IMG/VR virus record: IMGVR_UViG_3300047539_000012
Reading direction: 5' to 3' (one strand)
Length of the DNA stretch: 30,652 nt
Source: an uncultured virus (IMG/VR IMGVR_UViG_3300047539_000012)
Lineage: Duplodnaviria; Heunggongvirae; Uroviricota; Caudoviricetes
The position numbers and the translations under genes were made by a program. Shown one piece after another: positions 17,660 through 25,567 of the stretch (position 1 is the first letter of the stretch; each line of letters starts with the position of its first letter). The notes beneath the pieces are model-generated. The model saw only the letters and a list, made by a program, of their open reading frames with translations, made no database searches and was not told the origin of the DNA.

Positions 17660-17809
17660 GTTCGACGGCGAAGTCTCGGTTGAAGTTTGCGCGGCCAGTC
17701 AAACTGTCGTACAAAGTCAATCGACACGTAGATAAGACCGTCTTACGTTATGGGGCAAACGATAAGTGCCTGAAAAGCACTAGCCCCGCCCTCTTCTGAA
17801 AGGAATACC

Positions 17810-18934
17810 ATGCCCGAAGGAATCAACAGAGACGGTAAGTCTTATCGCAATGGGGTTCCGGTAACGTGGCCCACGCCAGACCCCGAACATTTTGGCACGC
17901 CGATTAATGAGCCGCACGACTTTGGCAACGATGTCAACTGGACGCCCAGCCCCGCGCACTTCGGCAATGCCGTGAATTGGAAGCCCTCGCCAGCGCATTT
18001 CGGAAACGTGATTGCTCCTCCGACTCCTCCAATGCCCGTGCTGTCGGCTCCGACATTCTCACCCGTGGCGGGAACATACTCGGGCACACAGTCGGTCACA
18101 CTCACGGTGGATGCACACGCGACTGCGACATACTACACGACAGACGGATCGACACCCACGACAGGTTCAACCTTATACACTGTGGCGATTTCTGTTGCAG
18201 CAAGTGAAACGGTGAAGGCTATCTCGGTTGGTACGGGATACAACAACTCTCCCGTCGGCTCCGCTGCGTACGTCATCAACGCCCCGCTAGGAGTCGCACT
18301 AGTCGCATCGGCTATCGCTCAGTCGGCCTCGCCGTACGTCGGGCCTGCTACGACATCAGCCATCAACACGACGGGCGCGAACTTCATCCTTTGCTGCGTT
18401 GCAGATTATGACAGCAACAGTGCAACCGTGACCATCGCAGACACCGTCGGCGGCGTGCCCACAGGCAACGTCTGGACGCTAGGCGGGCCAAGCACCCGTT
18501 ATGGCTTCTCCCAAGGCGGCTCGTTCTACTTCTATATGTATGCCCCGACCGTCGGTGCAAACCACGTCTTCGTATGTACGGTCACAGGCAATGCGTGCCC
18601 GTGCATCACGGTACTCGCATACTCGGGTATGCCAGCGAGCGGATCACCCTCTGGAGTCACCTCCGGTACAGGAGCTACCCCGTTCTTCATCCCAACAGGG
18701 CTGTCCGCGAACACGGGCGACCTCATCGTGTCGGCACTCAGCGGGCTCAATGCCTCTCTGGTTGCTTCGGTCGATTCAGGGTTCACTATCGAACAGACTG
18801 AATCCGTCAACCCAGTCGGTATGGCCTGTGCAGACCTCATCGCATTGTCCACTGCGACATACAGTCCGACATGGACATGGACAGGCGGCGATGGTTCGAG
18901 CAAGGTTAGTCTCATCGTATTCCCCGGCTCGTAA
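17810..18934 (+). CDS. Probable virion surface/decoration protein: N-terminal HFGN repeats, CHB_HEX_C/Fn3-associated domain, beta-rich C-terminal domain
   Basis: AAAGGA RBS; PTFSP.AGTY...QSVTL...YYTTDGSTPT..S..YT..I.V....TVKAI...GY..S.V.SA.Y.I is the CHB_HEX_C-type pattern; no signal peptide. Confidence 0.75.
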   Translation: MPEGINRDGKSYRNGVPVTWPTPDPEHFGTPINEPHDFGNDVNWTPSPAHFGNAVNWKPSPAHFGNVIAPPTPPMPVLSAPTFSPVAGTYSGTQSVTLTVDAHATATYYTTDGSTPTTGSTLYTVAISVAASETVKAISVGTGYNNSPVGSAAYVINAPLGVALVASAIAQSASPYVGPATTSAINTTGANFILCCVADYDSNSATVTIADTVGGVPTGNVWTLGGPSTRYGFSQGGSFYFYMYAPTVGANHVFVCTVTGNACPCITVLAYSGMPASGSPSGVTSGTGATPFFIPTGLSANTGDLIVSALSGLNASLVASVDSGFTIEQTESVNPVGMACADLIALSTATYSPTWTWTGGDGSSKVSLIVFPGS

Positions 18935-18974
18935 ACAAAAATGCCCACCGCTCCTGTCTGAGTCGGTGGGCGTT
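18933..18974 (-). terminator. Rho-independent terminator between the convergent arms
   Basis: The - strand reads ACGCCCACCG-A-CTC-loop-GAG-CGGTGGGCAT followed by TTTTGTTT. Confidence 0.8.
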
Positions 18975-18987
18975 CAATCAACAAAAC

Positions 18988-19314
18988 TTATCTACCGAAA
19001 GGGTTCGATGCCGGTTCCTTCGGCTTCGGGACGATGTCCAATGTGTCGTTCAGACTGGACGTCTCCGTGTCAATCTTGTTCGAGTGGGCGATCTTCATCA
19101 TCTCTAACTGAAGAATCCCCTCGAAGCGGGCAACCTGAACATCTAGTTCCAGTTTCGCTTTGGCGAAGTTCGCCAGCCGGGTCTGGATCGACCGTAGCAG
19201 GAACTTCTGGTCGCCACTTAACGGGATGTTCACAATTGCTGGCACATCGGGAACTACTTCTCCCGTAACGGCCAAGGGTGTTGCGGCCCCGACTTGCAGT
19301 TCTTCCATGCTCAT
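18988..19314 (-). CDS. Hypothetical coiled-coil protein, 108 aa
   Basis: TAAGGAGG RBS; last gene before the terminator. Confidence 0.8.
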   Translation of the reverse strand: MSMEELQVGAATPLAVTGEVVPDVPAIVNIPLSGDQKFLLRSIQTRLANFAKAKLELDVQVARFEGILQLEMMKIAHSNKIDTETSSLNDTLDIVPKPKEPASNPFGR

Positions 19315-19332
19315 GTTTTCCTCCTTAAGGAA

Positions 19333-19833
19333 TTAGTACCCCAAATCTGTGAAGACTGCACTCAGCCAGTCTCCACGACGTTTGCGGACGTTGTCTGCGT
19401 GTATATCTGCCATCTTGACTCGTGCAATCCTCGACACGAGTTTCTGAAACACCTTCCCCAACAATTCAACAGTCTGTGCATCATCCCTCGGTCTCGGATA
19501 GTACTGCATCACCAGCACGCCATTTTTGCGGTCGTGATAATGAACCTTGGGCAGATGGGACGACAGTTCTCGAATCTTGCTGAGTCGCTTGATCCTACCT
19601 ACCTCTGAAATCGAGTGCTGTATGCCGTCTCGCCCGCCCGGGCTATCCATGAGCGGGAACTTCACCACAATCGGGCACCCACAAACTTTGTACACCTGTC
19701 TGAACACACCCTCGTCAACGTACCGGAGCTTGACGATCTTCTTAAGTTGTTCCGGCGAAGTCGGGCGGGCCTTGACTATCTTTGCGATTACGGAACGGGT
19801 TGGGATAGTTTGGTTTGACTTCGGGCTTGACAT
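19333..19833 (-). CDS. Minimal protein-kinase-like enzyme, 166 aa
   Basis: EGVFRQVY (Gly loop), VVKFP (Lys), SISEV (helix C Glu), LVMQY (hinge), DIHADNV (catalytic loop), TDLG (DFG-like); GGAGG RBS. Confidence 0.8.
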   Translation of the reverse strand: MSSPKSNQTIPTRSVIAKIVKARPTSPEQLKKIVKLRYVDEGVFRQVYKVCGCPIVVKFPLMDSPGGRDGIQHSISEVGRIKRLSKIRELSSHLPKVHYHDRKNGVLVMQYYPRPRDDAQTVELLGKVFQKLVSRIARVKMADIHADNVRKRRGDWLSAVFTDLGY

Positions 19834-20149
19834 TGGAACCCTCCGGAATCTGCGTGCTCAACAGACCATCCTTATGAACGGGTATGGCGTCTATCGTCGT
19901 GCCCAGCGTTCCCCATCGAGTCATCTTCTCACGATAGCCCGAGAGCACTTCGAGCCGATTTTCGATCTCTTGCACCGCGTTCTGCAGTGATATGAGGCGG
20001 GCCCGATCCGCTACAGTGCTGTGGATAGACAGTGCGCCCTTGACGATCTCCACGCCATCCGCGAAGATTTCTTTCAGTTCCATGTAGTGATCGTACCGGG
20101 TTCCGACTTCTTCGAGACGCATAATCTTCGGTGGATCAAAGATACTCAT
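19742..20149 (-). CDS. Hypothetical protein, 135 aa
   Basis: AGGAGG RBS before MSIFDPP; the 3' end overlaps the kinase gene by 92 nt. Confidence 0.7.
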   Translation of the reverse strand: MSIFDPPKIMRLEEVGTRYDHYMELKEIFADGVEIVKGALSIHSTVADRARLISLQNAVQEIENRLEVLSGYREKMTRWGTLGTTIDAIPVHKDGLLSTQIPEGSNVKPEVKPNYPNPFRNRKDSQGPPDFAGTT

Positions 20150-20157
20150 ACTGCCTC

Positions 20158-20256
20158 CTACGGGAGCCATGCCCCGTGTGGTATGCCCCAGACAGCCAGC
20201 ATGAGCAAGATCACCATGACGGCCAGTGCGGCGATTAAATCTTCAGTTGCGATCAT
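20158..20256 (-). CDS. 32-aa single-TM peptide (not in ORF track)
   Basis: MIATEDLIAALAVMVILLMLAVWGIPHGAWLP*; fills the gap between the endolysin and the next RBS. Confidence 0.55.
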   Translation of the reverse strand: MIATEDLIAALAVMVILLMLAVWGIPHGAWLP

Positions 20257-20770
20257 ACGCCCGGTTCATCCACCCGTTTAGGAACCCGGCCAACTTAATG
20301 TTACGGGCTACCAAGTTTCGGTAGTACGACGCCTGCAGACTCTGTAGTTTGACCACGAGTTGTGCCGACGGTGTAGCGTTTGTCTCGTTGAACGTCTTCG
20401 GCCCGAGTACCCCATCCTGCAGCACCCCTAGTGCGTACTGTAGGAACCTGTGTGCTCTCGATGGCCCGAGATTGACAGCCGTATCGAAGACCTTGGTCGC
20501 AACGGGCTGAGAAATAATATAGCCGTATTTGTACACATCCCACCAGTAGCACTTGTAGAATGCCGCCGCTTCGGCCCGCGTCATAAGTTTCACGGCCATG
20601 ACTTCGTCTTGTGTCTTGTCCTCCTCTTCCAACCCTTCGATCAGACCCTCGGCCTTGAGCCAACGTAAACTAACCCCGTAATTTGTAGCCCCACCCGGGT
20701 CATTGATGTCGTTCTCAAATCCGCCCTCGTGCCGAAGCACGGTTGGTATTGCGTCATCAAAATCAGACAT
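20243..20770 (-). CDS. Endolysin, glycoside hydrolase family 108 with PG-binding_3 C-terminus
   Basis: HEGGF.ND..DPGGATNYGVS, FDTAVNLG, DG.LGPKT, FLNGWMNR; GGAGG RBS. Confidence 0.93.
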   Translation of the reverse strand: MSDFDDAIPTVLRHEGGFENDINDPGGATNYGVSLRWLKAEGLIEGLEEEDKTQDEVMAVKLMTRAEAAAFYKCYWWDVYKYGYIISQPVATKVFDTAVNLGPSRAHRFLQYALGVLQDGVLGPKTFNETNATPSAQLVVKLQSLQASYYRNLVARNIKLAGFLNGWMNRAYDRN

Positions 20771-20900
20771 AGAACCTCCAGACCTTGCATCGCCAACCCC
20801 AGCCCCACCCCTTTATATAGTGCGGCCAAGTCAGGGTGACGGAGAATGACGGCACGGGGTCGTGCCTCCTCTCGTACTCAAACTCGATTCCGAGTCTCAC
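20763..20900 (-). CDS. 45-aa Trp-rich hypothetical protein (not in ORF track)
   Basis: GAGGGG RBS + GTG; MRLGIEFEYERRHDPVPSFSVTLTWPHYIKGWGWGWRCKVWRFYV*; 8-nt ATGTCTGA overlap with the endolysin start. Confidence 0.55.
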   Translation of the reverse strand: MRLGIEFEYERRHDPVPSFSVTLTWPHYIKGWGWGWRCKVWRFYV

Positions 20901-21640
20901 TTGCCCCTCTTACGTCTTTGTTCTTCAATGCACGAATGTTTGCTAAAGGTGAATTGACACACAGAGTACTTCTCAGCTTCATGTTTGCCGAATCGTGAAT
21001 CTCCATGAGGTCTCCCACAAGGTCATTCCCCCCCACAGTTCATCACGTTCCAGCATGATAGGCCCCCAGCTCTCAACTTCTTTAGTGACTTCTCTACCAA
21101 TGGTTTTAGAAACTCACTGCTCCACATCTTGTAGGTTTGGTACTCCTCGGAGATGTCCCTGTCATAGTTCTCAAGGTTGTAGAACGGAGGACTCGTGAGT
21201 ACGACGTCAACTTTGGGCACTAGGTGCATCCTGTCTTGGATTGGAGAGTCATTATACAGCGTGACCATCTCCTCAATTCCAAGAAATTTCACGAGTTCTA
21301 AGAGATGACCGTGCGTTACTTTGTCAGTGTCACAGCCGATATACTTCCATCCACTTGCCACGGTTCCGAGTAATCTGCCGCCCCAGCCTGCACAGGGGTC
21401 AAACAGTGTCCCCTGCTGCACGGGCTCAACCTTGGCAGGCGTATACTGTGCCTTGTCTGCCACGGAGACCTTGCACGCCTTGCGGCAGGACGAGCAACGC
21501 CAGTGACCCAGCGTGCCCTGAGCCTCGCCCGACTTTACCAGAGCAGGCTTGTCGGCCAACACTTGACAACATGCCGAGACGTACGCGAACGTCGCGTTAC
21601 GCACGGAAACGGTTTTCGAGATCATCGGACGATTAGACAT
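20878..21640 (-). pseudogene. Amino (N4/N6) DNA methyltransferase with Cys-rich N-terminus, frameshifted at a G7 tract
   Basis: FDPCAGWGGRLLG (motif I), YIGCD, VLTSPPFYNLENY (motif IV). The ORF stops at 21023 just after G7; removing one G adds 49 codons, to 20878. ATG at 21640 follows GGAGG. Confidence 0.65.
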
Positions 21641-21794
21641 CACCCCTCCAGACGTCAAGTAACAGACTCCCTAGAATATACACCGAAGTGCCTGCGGGGA
21701 TCAAGGCAAAAAGTTCGGAGTGAACATGCACCAAAAGTATTGCGATGCCCCCGAAGATGGCTCCGACGAAGTAGCGTACGAGTCCTTCGCTCAT
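21633..21794 (-). CDS. 53-aa two-TM membrane protein (not in ORF track)
   Basis: MSEGLVRYFVGAIFGGIAILLVHVHSELFALIPAGTSVYILGSLLLDVWRGDV*; TAATG coupling upstream and ATGTCTAA overlap downstream. Confidence 0.7.
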   Translation of the reverse strand: MSEGLVRYFVGAIFGGIAILLVHVHSELFALIPAGTSVYILGSLLLDVWRGDV

Positions 21795-22018
21795 TACGCA
21801 CCCCCGAAGTAGATTGACGTGTTCACACGAACCCCGTCATCCGTGCCCAGAGGGTTGTACCAGACGCCTGCGTCTTTCAGGGCCTGCAGGATTGCTGTGG
21901 CTATGCCACGCTTGCCAGTGGGCGGGCCGCCTACGTGGTTCAGGACGATAGCCAGCACTTCGGCTTCAGCCTCCGTAAGCGTCAGGTCAAGTACGAATGT
22001 CTTTTTTGCTTTTGCCAT
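21794..22018 (-). CDS. Hypothetical protein, 74 aa
   Basis: GGAGG RBS and TAATG coupling to recA. Confidence 0.8.
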   Translation of the reverse strand: MAKAKKTFVLDLTLTEAEAEVLAIVLNHVGGPPTGKRGIATAILQALKDAGVWYNPLGTDDGVRVNTSIYFGGA

Positions 22019-23151
22019 TATTCCTCCGCAGCCGCCAGTGCGAGTCGGGCATCTCGTGCCTTGTATGCCTCTATTTGGATATTACCAAAGACGGGCTCGT
22101 TTGTCAAGTCCAATCTGCGGTAGTGCTCATTCTGGAACCCGAAGTAACTCTTAGGCACGCCATTGCCTTCCTTCTCTTTGGTCTTGGTGCCCTCGATAAC
22201 GACCCCAGTCATGATAGCCCAGTCCACCATGTCTTTCTTTATATCAAACCCCGTGGCATATAGCAAATCGCATAGCGTCTCGCGGAACGGGACGCCCACT
22301 TTGTTCTTGACATTCTTGATCCGCATTCGATGCCCAAGGTGGTCTTTAGTCACAGGGTCTATGATCTGGCCGCCGTCTGAATTCGACAGCCGACGCACTT
22401 CCACACGCACGGAGGCGTAGAATTTGAGCGCCCTGCCGCCCGTCGTAGTCTCCGGATTCCCGAACACCGTGCCGATCTTCTCACGTATCTGGTTGATGAA
22501 GATCACGATGGTGCCCGACTTCGAGACTTCGCCTGCGAGTTTCCGCATCGCTTGCGACATCAGCCGTGCCTGCAGGCCCATATGGCTATCGCCCATGTCA
22601 CCGTCTAATTCCGCTTTCGGAACCAACGCCGACACCGAGTCAACAACGATAATACGGACGGCCCTTGTTTTCACGAACGCTAGTACGACCTCAAGAGCCT
22701 GCTCTCCGTAATCAGGCTGACTAACGATGAGGTTATCGACATCAACGCGGAGCGTTCTCGCGTGGTTAAGGTCGAGAGCGTGCTCTGCGTCAACGAACAG
22801 AGCGAGCCCTCCAACTCTTTGAGCGCAGCCGATGATGTGACACGCGAGAGCCGTCTTGCCAGCCGATTCAGGTCCGTAGATTTCAATGATTCTGCCATCT
22901 GGTACTCCTCCGCAACCGACAAGGTATTCATCGAACGTCGGCAGATCAGTCGGTAGACTCGGCCAACGCTTCGTAGTCTTCTTGCCTAGTTTCTGCACGA
23001 GACCCGGGTACTCACGATTGAACGACAGAGTCAGAGACTTGACCAGTTTCAGTTTGTCTTCCTGCGTCAACGGCTTTGCTGGCGCAGCCTTCTCCTCGGT
23101 CTTCTCGTTGAACGTCTGTGTCTGACTGCCCGACTTTATCACGATCCCCAT
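22018..23151 (-). CDS. recA: Recombinase A
   Basis: GRIIEIYGPESAGKT, FVDAEHALD, VSQPDYGEQALE, VVDSVSALVPKAELDG, GLQARLMSQAMRKL, FINQIREKIG, PETTTGGRALKFYASVR. Confidence 0.97.
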   Translation of the reverse strand: MGIVIKSGSQTQTFNEKTEEKAAPAKPLTQEDKLKLVKSLTLSFNREYPGLVQKLGKKTTKRWPSLPTDLPTFDEYLVGCGGVPDGRIIEIYGPESAGKTALACHIIGCAQRVGGLALFVDAEHALDLNHARTLRVDVDNLIVSQPDYGEQALEVVLAFVKTRAVRIIVVDSVSALVPKAELDGDMGDSHMGLQARLMSQAMRKLAGEVSKSGTIVIFINQIREKIGTVFGNPETTTGGRALKFYASVRVEVRRLSNSDGGQIIDPVTKDHLGHRMRIKNVKNKVGVPFRETLCDLLYATGFDIKKDMVDWAIMTGVVIEGTKTKEKEGNGVPKSYFGFQNEHYRRLDLTNEPVFGNIQIEAYKARDARLALAAAEE

Positions 23152-23662
23152 TTGCTGCCTCCAATGCTTTCTGCTCCTCTAACATGTGATGAATCGTGCT
23201 CATGAATCGAAGGAACATCTTCACGTACCTCGCCCCCCGCATCGCAACAAGCGGCTGCTTTCCGTGGTCTGTGAAAAACTCGTGAGTCACCTCCACCAGT
23301 TTTCCGTGTCGGTTGAAGAACTCATACCAGCACGTTTCGCAGTTGTTCTTCGGCTGGTTAATCATGTCCAGTTTGTGCCCGCAGTCTACGAGCAGGACGT
23401 GCCGCACGGTGAAATACTTCCGCCGCAACGTCGCCATCAACTCTTCGGTTAACTTTGGCGGCTTACCGTCGGGCCCCGGCCTGAGTTCGGGCGGGAGTTC
23501 GTGGACGTGTCCGTCGGAGCCGATGTACGCTTCTGCGAGTTCGGCCTTCGGTTCTCCGAGTACCGCTTCGGGTACGGTGTCACTTTGGTGTTCGGGAGAT
23601 TCGAGGATGTTGGCCTCGTGAAGCCCCGACCCCGTACCGACGAGCGTTTGTTTTTCTGACAT
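23012..23662 (-). CDS. Hypothetical protein with possible Zn site (CGH...CETC)
   Basis: GAGGAGG RBS; the C-terminal tail overlaps recA by 140 nt. Confidence 0.7.
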   Translation of the reverse strand: MSEKQTLVGTGSGLHEANILESPEHQSDTVPEAVLGEPKAELAEAYIGSDGHVHELPPELRPGPDGKPPKLTEELMATLRRKYFTVRHVLLVDCGHKLDMINQPKNNCETCWYEFFNRHGKLVEVTHEFFTDHGKQPLVAMRGARYVKMFLRFMSTIHHMLEEQKALEAANGDRDKVGQSDTDVQREDRGEGCASKAVDAGRQTETGQVSDSVVQS

Positions 23663-23691
23663 ACTTTCCTCCTCAGAGACACTCCCACAGT

Positions 23692-24141
23692 CTATGGCCG
23701 TCGGCTGCGAGTCCCAGACTCCGTTGGACGGTTATTTTTCCGAACTGTAAACCTGTTAAATCGTTCATGTTGATTTCCTTTTGGTTGTTGAACCCTAGCG
23801 GGGATGAGTCCTTTGGTTGCTTTGAACCAATCCTGCTTCAAACTGTTCCATACTACCTCCACTGGTCGTTCTGATATGTCCCGAATATATCGGGCCTTCC
23901 ACAACGGCATCACCGTGTCCCGCTCGATGACCGCTGGTGTTACGCCGTACTTCATGAGTATGGCGTCCTTCTGTGCCCGTGGCAGCGGGTTCTCCGCGTG
24001 AGCCTCGGCAGCGGCTTGCCTGCGAGCGGCCACGTCACCGTCAACATGCTTGTTAGAGTGGTACTTCTTCCGTACAACCTTGACCTTACGCTTCGGTGCC
24101 AGATCGTCCAACAGGTGTTCTTCCTTCGTTTCTTTGCTCAT
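23692..24141 (-). CDS. Basic hypothetical protein, 149 aa
   Basis: GAGG RBS; fits the operon packing. Confidence 0.7.
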   Translation of the reverse strand: MSKETKEEHLLDDLAPKRKVKVVRKKYHSNKHVDGDVAARRQAAAEAHAENPLPRAQKDAILMKYGVTPAVIERDTVMPLWKARYIRDISERPVEVVWNSLKQDWFKATKGLIPARVQQPKGNQHERFNRFTVRKNNRPTESGTRSRRP

Positions 24142-24164
24142 ACTGCCTCTTCTTACCGCTAGAT

Positions 24165-24560
24165 TTAACCCCTGACTTCTGTGAAATATCCTTTGGTCGG
24201 ATACAACTTTGCTTCAATGAACGCCTTGCCACAACGTTGCTCCCAAGAATGCTTACGGTCGCCCAGCATCGCAAAGGTGAATATCTCGATGTCGAGTGAA
24301 CTTACACTGTCGAACGAGTACGCGCCCCAGAACCACCACAGTTTCGTCCTGTCCTTCACGACAGACTTGACGACCTTACAGACGTCGGCTCGGAACTCCA
24401 CAGGTGACGGCTTCGTCTTCAGTTTGTACTGAGCCCCGGGCTCGCCGCCGATGCGGACACACCCGATGTTGTTCTCACCGAGTTTGCGATAGGCGTCTAT
24501 GACCCTATCGAACGCTTTTTTATTTCGTCCGAAGTTTTGTGGCTTTTTCTTTTTGTTCAT
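24165..24560 (-). CDS. Basic hypothetical protein, 131 aa
   Basis: AAAGGGG RBS before MNKKKK. Confidence 0.7.
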   Translation of the reverse strand: MNKKKKPQNFGRNKKAFDRVIDAYRKLGENNIGCVRIGGEPGAQYKLKTKPSPVEFRADVCKVVKSVVKDRTKLWWFWGAYSFDSVSSLDIEIFTFAMLGDRKHSWEQRCGKAFIEAKLYPTKGYFTEVRG

Positions 24561-24936
24561 AGCCGCCCCTTTCCACAATCCGTTGGTGCCAGAATGCCAA
24601 GTATGCTATCGCCACTTGCGGATTTATCTTCATCTTGGCCATGAACTCCAGAGCGCCTAGCGCCCATTTATTGCAGAGGTAACAGACCCAGCCCCGGTTG
24701 CACTTTCCGCAGAATGTGGCCCTAGATCGAGCCTTCTTGCCCCGTGGCGGATTGCAGCACGCATGGTCGTGGTCTTGATACAACATGTACTTAGGATACG
24801 GCCTGCTGCATATTGCACAGCCGCCGCCCTGCTCCGTAATCTCCCGCAGTTTATCGGCCAGCGTCTTATTGTAAACTCGCCGCAGTCGGGCATCCGACGC
24901 CCGTTGCTTAGTGCTCAGTTCTTTCGTCGGCCCCAT
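24520..24936 (-). CDS. Recombination endonuclease VII family nuclease
   Basis: QGGGCAIC...QDHDHACC...CGKCNRGWVCYLCN..LG; GGAGG RBS. Confidence 0.88.
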   Translation of the reverse strand: MGPTKELSTKQRASDARLRRVYNKTLADKLREITEQGGGCAICSRPYPKYMLYQDHDHACCNPPRGKKARSRATFCGKCNRGWVCYLCNKWALGALEFMAKMKINPQVAIAYLAFWHQRIVERGGYEQKEKATKLRTK

Positions 24937-25196
24937 CGCGTCCTCCCAAACATCGCCTGACCCCTCGGGGTGATCCGGAATATCCGCAGGGTCCTTCCGG
25001 ACTTGCCGTCCTCAGATGCGAGCATCAAGAGCCCCCAGTCCATCAGGAACTCAATGTGTATGTTGTCGAGGTCAATCTTCTCTTTGTCGATGTCATTTTC
25101 CAGACTCCTCGGCATCAGGTAAGACTTCATCTTTGTGTTCGCCATCCCTTCGAGGATGTCGAGCTGGAACTCGTTCATCGCAGGGATCATTTTCAT
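24915..25196 (-). CDS. Hypothetical protein, possible winged helix
   Basis: AGGAG RBS, ATGA coupling; L.D.GLL...FRITPRG pattern typical of the end of a wHTH wing. Confidence 0.65.
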   Translation of the reverse strand: MKMIPAMNEFQLDILEGMANTKMKSYLMPRSLENDIDKEKIDLDNIHIEFLMDWGLLMLASEDGKSGRTLRIFRITPRGQAMFGRTRWGRRKN

Positions 25197-25567
25197 CGGT
25201 TGTCTCCTGATCCCTGCAGCGTGCCCCGACTTGTTCGGTCTTCTAACTTCTGGACGTTCGCCTCAATAATCTCAGACGGGTCCCATCCGAAGAATCGGAT
25301 GATGCGGCACAAGTAGAATAGGGCATCCCCCAGTTCCTTCTGTAGCCCCGCGTAGTCGAACACGTTGGGGCCGTTGTTATCTCGTACATACTTTTTCAAT
25401 TTCTCGCAGACCTCACCAGACTCACCCGCGAGCCCCGTGGTCATAATGAAGAGATTCCGCAATTCTTCGTATCCGAGGTCCTCCGTAGGATTCGGGCCGC
25501 TGCGGGGGAACCAATGTCCCTCCACCCACCTTCCGTATTCGTTGATGTTATCAGATGAGTAGTTCAT
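25193..25567 (-). CDS. MazG-like nucleotide pyrophosphohydrolase
   Basis: GLAGESGEV.EKLKK..RD, KELGDALFYL, N..KL.DR..RG.LQGSGDNR; ATG 25567 overlaps the helicase TGA and has a GGAGGAG RBS. Confidence 0.9.
   Translation of the reverse strand: MNYSSDNINEYGRWVEGHWFPRSGPNPTEDLGYEELRNLFIMTTGLAGESGEVCEKLKKYVRDNNGPNVFDYAGLQKELGDALFYLCRIIRFFGWDPSEIIEANVQKLEDRTSRGTLQGSGDNR

Noticed and set aside
17750..17790. c-di-GMP-I riboswitch or hammerhead ribozyme, suggested by GGCAAAC and CTGAAAAG
   Set aside because: The remaining conserved cores (the second GCAAA stem, or CUGANGA plus GAAA) are not present in the required arrangement.
21675..21704. Minus-strand promoter-like TTGATC-18 nt-TATATT
   Set aside because: It lies inside a well-coupled 53-aa ORF and has non-optimal spacing; not supportable without TSS data.
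25193..25567. Z-genome (2-aminoadenine) pathway suggested by MazG-like and dATP/dGTP hydrolase-like genes
   Set aside because: No PurZ or HD-domain dATPase is visible in the window, and this MazG type is common in ordinary phages.
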